A stretch of 64,000 nucleotides of DNA from Octopus sinensis (taxonomy: Eukaryota). The position numbers and the translations under genes were made by a program. How positions within the stretch are numbered: position 1 is the stretch's first letter; each line of letters begins with the position of its first letter. The notes under the pieces are model-generated. The model saw only the letters and a program-made list of their open reading frames with translations. It made no database searches and was not told the DNA's origin. Below, one piece after another: positions 53,922 through 64,000 of the stretch. The stretch is taken from positions 10,168,001-10,232,000 of the forward strand of contig NC_043004.1 in NCBI RefSeq assembly GCF_006345805.1. The letters run 5' to 3'.

Positions 53922-54395
53922 TATTGGTATAAAAGATGGGCTACAGCAAATATTCTGCTCAATACCACAGATTTGCTTATCAGTTGTTTGACCTTAACCA
54001 GTTGAGCATGTCCCTTAGTGGCTGACGATATGTGCATCTCTGATCACGAGCAGAAGTAGTGGGGGAGCATCATAGCCATGTGTTGAGAGGGATTCTTTGG
54101 AGTTTGAATAGTTCACCTCTGGAAACATGGGTGGTTCTTTCAACATCCTTAAACAACCCTTATTCAGGGACCGTTTGAGCGGGATGGGCTACTCAACCTG
54201 AAGAAAATTCTAACTGGGCCCCACCTGCAAGGTCATGTGCTGTTTATCTTGATATGAGATCACCATGTCGCGCACATATGGTTGTGATGCATGTGCCTGG
54301 TGTACCTTTATCAGACGGGTAGTCATGATGGGTATATTGGGCTTCGTATATTTTACCCCAGTGTCACTTTGATGGCATGAACTGCTCTCTCACTC
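53922..54395 (+). mobile_element. Non-coding (TAA)n-inserting retroelement
   Basis: Reverse complement of 35681-36098 plus a 5' extension; TAA arrays on both sides. Confidence 0.85.
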
Positions 54396-55312
<917 letters not shown>

Positions 55313-56029
55313 AACAAACACAGATAAATTACCCAAAACATATATATACATTTTTAAGTAAAAATAATATAAATAAGAACAAAGAAGAGCATGCCACCTG
55401 TCTCAGAAAATAAAAATATGTAAATATGACGGGATTTTAGCAGACATATAGACCACCATACAGTACTTGATAATTTCAATTTACAAAAATAAGAGCGTAT
55501 TACCTTAAATGAGGATGAAGCCATACCAAATGTCTGAGAGCTGAATAATGAGAGCGGTTTAACTGTTTAATTAAAACCATTACAGCATTCAAAGAATGTG
55601 TTAACCTCCCTATTTGTAACTGATATAGCAGGAGAGATTCAAAACTATTTCTGTAATGATATTCAACAAATTATCACTAACGATAAACACAGACACGTTC
55701 CACATTATGGCAGTGCTAGGATTTGTAAATATTTTGAAGCTTTGTTAGTCTTGAACAAACTGGTTCACCGTACCCATTTGTTAACCCTGAACATCTTCAT
55801 TAACTTTGTTTGTACAACATTGTTAAAACAGAATAAATCTATTGAACATCCTTATTAATCTCCAATGCATTGTAAGTTCTCCAAGCTGAACATAAACCTC
55901 GTTTTGAAAAAGGGAACTCGACGTATTTTCCGAAACATGAAATAATAAAGATAGATTAATAATTCTTTCAACTTTTGGCAGATAGCCTTCAAGCTTTAGG
56001 GAAGGTAGGTTAGAAGATGTCACTGATCA

Positions 56030-56416
56030 TAGTACCTGACCGATTCTTTATTTTATCAACCTCGAAAGAATAAAAGGTAAAGTTGATATCGGAGGGATTT
56101 GAAATCAAAGAGTAAAAAGCCAGAAAGAAAACGAAAAACAATTCTGCCAGCTCGGCGGAATTTGAACTGAGAATGTAGCGGCAGACGAAATACCTATTTC
56201 TTTACTACCCACAAGGGGCTAAACATAGAGGAGACAAACAAGGACAGACAAACGGACTAAGTCGATTATATCTACCCCAGTGCGCAACTGGTACTTATTT
56301 AATCGACCCCGAAAGGATGAAAGGCAAAGTCGACCTCGGCGGAATTTGAACTCAGAACGTAACGGCAGATGAAATACCGCAAAGCATTTCGCCCGGCGTG
56401 CTAACGGTTCTGCCAG
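56030..56416 (-). mobile_element. Family-A SINE multimer
   Basis: Junction at 56193/56194 is identical to those in the other concatemers. Confidence 0.85.
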
Positions 56417-56424
56417 ACCACGAC

Positions 56425-57865
56425 CGGATCTTTTCTGTTGCTGTTACAATTTTCGAAATTTTAAAATGAAGTGAATATTTTAAAATTCGGTATATTGATG
56501 TAATTTTTCAAGCTGAATATAATTTTGTCTTTCACTTGTCCTAGAAAAATATTTAGAAAAATATTATACGTTTATAGTTTGATAGTTTTTACCTAATCAC
56601 AAAACAGGACTTGGAAGTTGGCATTTACTCCGTGATACCTGTCTATCACAAAATCGACGACGACGATGACTGTAAAAAGTTTTGAAGTTTTAATAAGTTT
56701 TAATGAATAACGTCATGTAAAACGGCGGAACAAGCATTTAAATAATTCAAAAAGGAAAAATCCTCATTGAAAATTATTTTGCGAAAAATTACAAAATACA
56801 AACAAACTGTACGTTATACTATTGTGGCTTGTGTAAACAATCAATACATATTTGTAGCGAAATTTCAAAAATGAAATTTCGAGGTATTCTCTAAGAGTTT
56901 CTATTCAAACAAATTACAATTTTCGTATCTCCTGCGGCACATAAACTCGCAGAGATACGAGTCATCCATAGAACGGTGGGTCTCACAGTATTATTTATTA
57001 CTCCGTTTTACACGGGCCCATGTGTCTTTTCTCACTTGTTGCGTGTGGATACCATTTTCGAGTTAATAAGTTCAACACTGTGATTCCCTGCTCTATGTCG
57101 AAAATTACAACCATCAGTTTCAGGAATATGGGAGTAAGCCCTCTAGAAATCACTGAAAATTGTGGTTCTTGGGAGAACTGACTGACGTATGTATTCCTCT
57201 AGTGTGTTGTGATTCCGACATGGCACCGCATAAAAAAAAACATTTATGGTCTCGCGACACACTCCTCTGATACATCATTACCCAGGTAGTAAGCGCCTTT
57301 CCTCGGTTGTATTTACGTCTTGAGAAGACAGTTTCATCTATCTCAACAATCTTCTCAGGACCGCCGTTTTGAATTGGGTGGTGGAGCAGGTCCTCCATAC
57401 ATATTTCACGAATATAGATGTTGTAACCAACAGCTGTACCGTGGCTCATCCCCAGTTCTTCAATATAAACCAGACTGAAGTCAATTTCTTCACCAAGGAG
57501 TAAAGGAAAGAAGTAGTACAGTCCTGAGAGTAAGGATGTCGCCTTCCAAACATGTATCCTTTCTGATAGACACGCTCTCGTTGCATTCTTTTCTGAAGTA
57601 GACTATAGTTTAGCTTGTTACTATGGAAACAGACACCGATGTGTTTTTGGTTTCCGATTGGTTAAAATTTCCCATAATTTGCATACTTTAAAAGCTTTAA
57701 ACTATTTATTTATTAATTTATGTCAAAAATGAATTTCGGATCCATAATCAGCATACAAAACTACACTAGTACACCGAATTTGAAAACAATTGGAGCAAAA
57801 TTTAAAAAACAGAAAATATTTGAAGCAAAATTTAAAAAATAGGAAATAGCAACAGAAAAGATTCC
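56425..57865 (-). mobile_element. Degenerate Merlin (IS1016/ISXO2-like) DNA transposon
   Basis: GGPEKIVEIDETVFSRRKYNRG (ORF 57150-57449) and TIFSDF*RAY are Merlin DDE motifs; TIR GATCTTTTCTGTTGCT / AGCAACAGAAAAGATT; no clear TSD. Confidence 0.8.
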
Positions 57866-58289
57866 CGTCACATTATTCCACCATCTTACCACAGCAACAA
57901 CATCAACAATAAAAACAAAAGTAAAAATAATTTCTGATATAAAGATAAGGCCACAGATTTGCTGGGAAAGTTAAATAGATCGAATCGACCCAGGTTCTTG
58001 ATTAGTACTTTAATTCAACGAATCTCGGGAGGCTGAAAAACGAAGTTTATGTTGATGGAATTTGTTCACAGAATATGAACTCTCAAAATGCTACATGAAA
58101 TTTTGTTCGACTTTCTAACCATTATTCCGCTTCACTGCCTTTATACGAGATTCATTCTTCTTTTGGACATCTCTTCCACTAATCTATCTTGTGTCACTGG
58201 TTGTCGTGTCTTCTGCTTTTCATAAAAATCTATTGAACGCATATGATCCTCTGTATAAAGTATTTTTTATTGCAAAGTAGTATTGTATT

Positions 58290-58385
58290 TAGTAGAATGC
58301 TGTAAGGTCGTCAAACGGAGAAAGGCGTCGAATGTTAGCAACTGGTTTGATTATCAGAAACCGTACGACTGTATTTCTAACTATC
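58290..58385 (+). mobile_element. Highly decayed RT fragment, R4/Dong-like
   Basis: VSNWFDYQKPYDCIS resembles the WIDY(K/Q)KAYD RT motif. Confidence 0.4.
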
Positions 58386-59121
58386 GGATTTCATTTCTTA
58401 TTTCACCACTCCGGGCATGGCGTCTTTCTTATTTATTGCAAGTAAGCAATTACATTGAAGGAATCAGTCATTATTTTGCGTCGAATTCACTATCATCAAA
58501 ATGTGAATACTGATATCTGTATTCAGAATTTAGCAGCTTGTAGGATTTAAATATAACTTTTGTTGTCTATTTTGTCGTGGTGTTTCAAAAGAAATAGTTT
58601 ATCATTGTCCCGATGTAATATCTCATATAACCAGTACATTCGATAGAAAACACACAGTCCTACGGATTCTGATAACCATACTAACGCTTCATAGTTTCGT
58701 GTTCCTCTCTTCAGTCGACATTCCAAATTCTAAATACAAATATATATGATTATTACGTCCAAAAGTTGTATTCTTATATATATATACTTACCACCTTACC
58801 ACTGTTATTCAGCAACGTATGTCTTGGTGATATGCTGCCCTATCATTATTTTAAAGGGACGAAAGAGAGAGGGAGAGAGAGACTGAGAGATTAAGTAGGA
58901 GAAAGAGGGAGAGAGAGAGAGAATGAGAGATTAAGTGTGAGAGAGAGAGAGTGTGAGAGAGATTTCACGTTTTGGAAAGCGCTGTCGTTAATGGAGTCAT
59001 CCATTAGCTTTGAGATTCTGGTTGTGAATGAGATAGAACTAGTGTTTGCAGACTAAGAAAGGTTGACTTTTTGGGGACCTGCAGTGAGTTTTCCTTAAAT
59101 CGGAGTATATCCTCGCAATGT

Positions 59122-59165
<44 letters not shown>

Positions 59166-60254
59166 TAGAGAGGGAGAGAGAGAGATTGAGGAATTTGTTG
59201 AGTTTATGGTTATCTCTGCAGCTTATCGTTGGAAGGAAATGGACAGAACATTGTGAGAGTCGGAGATCTTATTGGGTCTAAACGATTGCTGGTACCTTCG
59301 CAGTATGACGAGTTGTATCAAATAGAAAACAGTGTTTCAAATATTGTGTGGTTTTATTTTTTCCCTATTTTAATATCAAGCCTACAGTGATCGGAAAATA
59401 TTCTTCTATCTGCGTTCTGTAGATTTCAAGTAAGAATACTTTCAAAAGATATTTTTAGCTTTCAGTCAACGTAAACCAAATGTTTGTGTTCTTGTGTTCA
59501 AATAAATCCCGCTGGAAATAAGTAGACATTACAGACATTGTGTCTTCTTGCCTTTTCCATTTATCTTCTACTAAACAAGATTTATGTTCAATATTGTAGT
59601 ATCTTGGAGACGTTTTGGGACAACTGGTATCTGAAGATTTTACATGGCTAACCAATTGAAATCAAGATTTAGTGCTTGAATAGTTATATTTAGTAGTCAA
59701 TCTAAATGTCTCCAAATGTTGTGCAATAGAGAGATTTAATTCTTTTTTCGTTACCTTTCAATGAGAAGCTGTCTTCTCTTCTAACGACGCATGTAGCGGA
59801 AGAAAAATTTATCGCAAGTATGGCGGTGTTGTTAAGAGGTTGGTTTCGCAATCACATAGATTCGTATTCGGTCCCATTGCGTAGCGTGTTGCTCAATTTT
59901 CTTCTATCTTTAGTCATGGATCTGCCCAAAACTTTTTCTTGAAATAAAATGGATGGAAACTGAATGGAAGCTCGTCAGATGAACAGTACTTGCGCTTGAG
60001 GTTGAGGGAAGTTGATGAAGAGGTGGAAATCTGAAACAAGAAGCTTAATTCACTAATTATAGCTGTTAGGGACAAGCCATTACAACACATTTGACAATCA
60101 TTGATAACTGATATTCTGACAGTAAATGAAAAAATGTGTGGAAAGTTAGACGGAACTATTCACTTCTAAGCGAGTGCAGTAAGCTGGCACAAAATGTTTA
60201 TAAACACAGGCGAGGCTGTTTTGTCAAATGAGCGCAATGGGATGTTAAAATGCA

Positions 60255-60702
60255 CATGCATCACAACTATATGTGCACCACATGGTGATCTTATATCAAG
60301 ATAAACAAGACATGACCTTGCAGGTGGGACCTAGTTAGAATTTTCTACAGGTTGAGCAACCCAACCTGTTCAAAATATCCTTGAATAAAATTTGTATAAG
60401 GTAATGAACAAAATACCTATTTTTCCAGAGGTGGATTATTAAAACCCCAAAGAATTCCTCCCAACACATGGTTCCGATGCTCCCCCACTGCTTGTGATCA
60501 GAGATGCACATACCGTCAGCCACTAAAGGACATGCTTAACTGGTTAAGGTCAAACAACTGACAGGCAAATATGTGGTATTGAGCAGAATATTTGCTGTAG
60601 CCCATCTTTTATATCAAGACAAAACAATGTACATGATAACACTTCCAATCAGTTAAGATGAGAAGCCATGAAAGCTACTGCCTGGTACTGCATCAGGGCA
60701 TT
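60255..60702 (-). mobile_element. More diverged copy of the (TAA)n-inserting element, extending furthest 5'
   Basis: Colinear with 35780-36098 and continues to AAATGCCCTGATGCAGTACC at ~60702. Confidence 0.8.
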
Positions 60703-61005
60703 TTCTTCTTCTTCTTCTTCTTCTTCTTCTTCTTCTTCTTCTTTTTCTTCTTCTTCTTCTTCTTTTTCTTCTCCTCCTCCTCATTCTTCCCCTTCTTCTT
60801 CTTCTTCTTCTTCTTCTTCTTCTTTTTCTTCTCCTCCTCCTCATTCTTCCCCTTCTTCTTCTTCTTCTTCTTCTTCTTCTTCTTTTTCTTCTCCTCCTCC
60901 TCATTCTTCCCCTTCTTCTTTTTCTTCTTCTTCTTCTTCTTCTTCTTCTTCTCCTCAACCTCCTCCTCCTCCTCCTCCTTATCATCATCATCATCATCAT
61001 CATCA

Positions 61006-61060
<55 letters not shown>
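60703..61060. repeat. (TTC)n/(TCC)n/(TCA)n/(TTA)n compound microsatellite with a 60-bp higher-order unit
   Basis: TCATTCTTCCCC recurs at 60781, 60841 and 60901. Confidence 0.95.
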
Positions 61061-61061
<1 letters not shown>

Positions 61062-61221
61062 ATATTTATATTTTACTTCCCAGAGCTCTTGATTTGACTT
61101 GTTTCGGCGAAATCTGTAAGGACCGACAACAAACTGTTATCAGGGTCTTTTGCTACGACACTTAACATCTCTGTTCCAATCTCAAAATCCTCGCATTCCC
61201 CAACAGATCAGTTTTCCGAGC

Positions 61222-61252
<31 letters not shown>

Positions 61253-61603
61253 CAATAAGCAACAGGATATCTAGAGGTGATGCAGTACGACCGTTTCAAG
61301 GGGCTGCTGTTATTTCATTAAATTAAATGCAGGGCTATCCTCAGCTGTATAAATAAATAAATACAATTTATATATTTATGCAGCTGAAGGTAGCCCTACA
61401 TTTAAATTGATATAATGATTGCATTGTTCAATTAAATGGAGCCACTTGAAATGATCGTAGTGTATCACCTCTGGATATCCTGTTGCTTATTTTGATTTTA
61501 TTCACCTTATTTTGAAGTTGTACGGATAATACCGCATTAGTTTTTGGTGCTTCAACTTAAGTACCTAATTCATTTGAATCTTAATTATTTTGCTTATATA
61601 TAT

Positions 61604-61634
<31 letters not shown>

Positions 61635-61976
61635 CAATAAGCAACAGGATATCTAGAGGTGATGCAGTACGACCGTTTCAAGGGGCTGCTGTTATTTCAT
61701 TAAATAAATGCAGGGCTATCCTCAGCTGTATAAATAAATAAATACAATTTATATATTTATGCAGCTGAAGGTAGCCCTACATTTAAATTGATATAATGAT
61801 TGCATTGTTCAATTAAATGGAGCCACTTGAAATGATCGTAGTGTATCACCTCTGGATATCCTGTTGCTTATTTTGATTTTATTCACCTTATTTTGAAGTT
61901 GTACGGATAATACCGCATTAGTTTTTGGTGCTTCAACTTAAGTACCTAATTCATTTGAATCTTAATTATTTTGCTT
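61253..61976. repeat. Near-identical tandem duplication (382-bp period) of a Penelope-like inverted-repeat element
   Basis: 61253-61595 and 61635-61976 differ by about one base; each unit contains an inverted pair of hammerhead-like segments. Confidence 0.85.
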
Positions 61977-61984
61977 ATATATAT

Positions 61985-62039
<55 letters not shown>

Positions 62040-62307
62040 TATATAATTTAAAGAAGGCATAAAATGGAGAAATATGATGGACAACAACTGACTTACATCA
62101 ATTAGTATTTATTAATTATTATTGATGTAAGTCAATTGTTGTTCATCCATATTTCTACATTCTTTAAATTTTGATGCTTGATGAACTCATGTTTATCCTT
62201 GTCTTCATGTATAGTTTATGAGCATAATAAGCTTGCATATGTATGCCCACGGTTAAACATTGGTAATATACCGGTAGTGTAACGGATACTTCTATCTCTT
62301 AGACGGC

Positions 62308-62352
<45 letters not shown>

Positions 62353-62449
62353 TAATCCAAACAAGAAAAACAAAAAAAGACAACAACGCAAAAAGTGGAA
62401 CAATTAAAGTGTTATTATTAGGCGCTCAGGAAAAAAGGGAAGAATATAT

Positions 62450-62496
<47 letters not shown>

Positions 62497-62500
62497 CATA

Positions 62501-62860
62501 CGAGCAAAACGCCCCCGTCCAATGGACGGTGCTGAGTTGTCAAACATTTAAACCAAATTTTCTCAAAACAACTTGTTCGACCGTTCCATAGGCCTCCTCT
62601 TTGAGAAACACTGATTTAACCTAAATTTGAGACACCAGGCAAAGACGGATTTCGACTGATGTACTTGCGCTTACAAATGCACGTTCCCACGACTTTATCG
62701 ATCGCATTCTCACCTGGAATCGATCTTTGTAATTTTTCAAGACTTATACACGCCCTGATTCCGTCGGTATCTACACATCAAATTTGAGCTCAATCGGATG
62801 GAGGATGTCCAAGATCCTAGAAGACACACACTGAGACAGACAGAACGGATTTTATATAAT
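62501..62860 (-). mobile_element. Probable non-autonomous Helitron (third family)
   Basis: A|CGAG (a CTAG variant), hairpin CCGTCC-AAT-GGACGG, and AAATTTGAG..AATCGG..GACAGACAGA..TTTTATATA at the other end, as in the other Helitrons; the TC terminus is not resolved. Confidence 0.55.
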
Positions 62861-62888
62861 ATATATATATATATACATATATATGTAT

Positions 62889-63160
62889 AACAGCTTGCTC
62901 GGAAAATTAACGTGCAAGTGGCTGAGCACTGCACAGATACGTGTACCCTTAACGTACTTCCCAGGGAGATTCAGTGTGACATAGAATATGACAGGACTGT
63001 CCCTTTGAAATAGGGGTACTACTCATTTTTGTCAGCTGAGTGAACAAGAGCAACTTGAAATAAAGTGTGTTGCTCAAGGACACAACGCGCCGCCAGAAAT
63101 CGAACTCGCAACCATATGATCGTGAGCCGAATGTCCTAACCACTAAGCCATACGCCTTCA
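62889..63160 (-). mobile_element. tRNA-derived CORE-like SINE family D
   Basis: Minus head TGGCTTAGTGGTTAGG..GAGTTCGATTTC followed by GTGTCCTTGAGCAA. Confidence 0.8.
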
Positions 63161-64000
63161 CCCCCCCCCCAACCATACATAGCAGAGAAAACTGCGAAAT
63201 ATCAGAACCTAACCAAAATGATGTTGAGTTTGTGGAACATAAAGGTGAAGATTTTTCTTGTGGTAATTAGTGTTATCAGTATAAAACCGAAATTTACTAA
63301 GAGGCTGAAGGATATTGGAATTGGGATACGTATTTTTGGATCTGCAGAAAAGTGCCATTCATTACTCTGCAAGATTCCTAAGGAAGATACTTGAAATTTT
63401 AGGAAGACTATTGTTATCGAAACTCCAGATAATATCCCTGCTAATTTAATTAGCATGTGATAGCTTTTAATAATAACAGTAATAATAATCATAATAATGA
63501 TGATGATAATAATGATGATTATAATGATAATGATAATAATAATAGCAAAAACAACCGCAGTATGAGTGCAACAAAACAACAATAATAATACTTTCTTATA
63601 ATAATAATTATAATAATAGAAATTAATATGAAAATAATGAGGATGAATGTAATTTCTTTTGACTTGGTCCAAGACCACTGATATTTGAGTCATGATATTT
63701 TATTCAATAAAATGGAAAATTCAGACCTAACAATATAAACAACAGCAAGGTGAATAATAACAATAACAACAATAACAACAACAGCTCACTGCAAACAGGA
63801 ATGACAATATGATGTCTGGAAAAGATCATGGTGGACATCATTAATGAAACGGTGACTGAAGATCGATTTCTTCCCGAGACAGGGGAGGGAAACGAAGTAT
63901 ATGAATAATGGAGACGGTGGAGAGAGAGAAAGTAATTAAAATTCAGAGAAACTGTCAGATTAGCTTCGAATTTTTGACCCTGTAGAAAACCTTTGCTTGA

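Noticed and set aside
60653-61009. Protamine-like poly-Arg ORF
   Set aside because: It is the reverse translation of a (TTC)n/(TCA)n compound microsatellite; the poly-Met start comes from (TGA)n.

Overview
Repeat-dominated, AT-rich metazoan DNA with no host protein-coding exon that I can support. The SINE and microsatellite make-up looks like a cephalopod (Octopus-like) genome; that assignment is inferred from recalled SINE sequences. Nearly all of the supplied ORFs are microsatellite artefacts or transposon relics. Main contents: (1) a 5.03-kb Helitron (13138-18165, minus) with STPR repeats, a Rep domain and an internally deleted PIF1 helicase, inserted at an A|T site inside a LINE 3' end whose empty allele is also in the window; (2) four non-autonomous Helitrons; (3) a GC-rich CR1/L2-type LINE with a candidate 7-bp TSD; (4) several R4/Dong-type RLE LINE fragments sitting in (TAA)n or (TACA)n microsatellites; (5) RTE and L1/Tx1 fragments, a Merlin relic, and mariner-like, piggyBac-like and long-TIR MITEs; (6) at least five SINE families. 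Most interesting signals: about ten minimal hammerhead-ribozyme motifs, several with compensatory stem changes, in Penelope-like remnants within (TA)n and in a tRNA-headed SINE; and a SINE subfamily that builds head-less concatemers by repeatedly joining at one fixed site within copies of itself.
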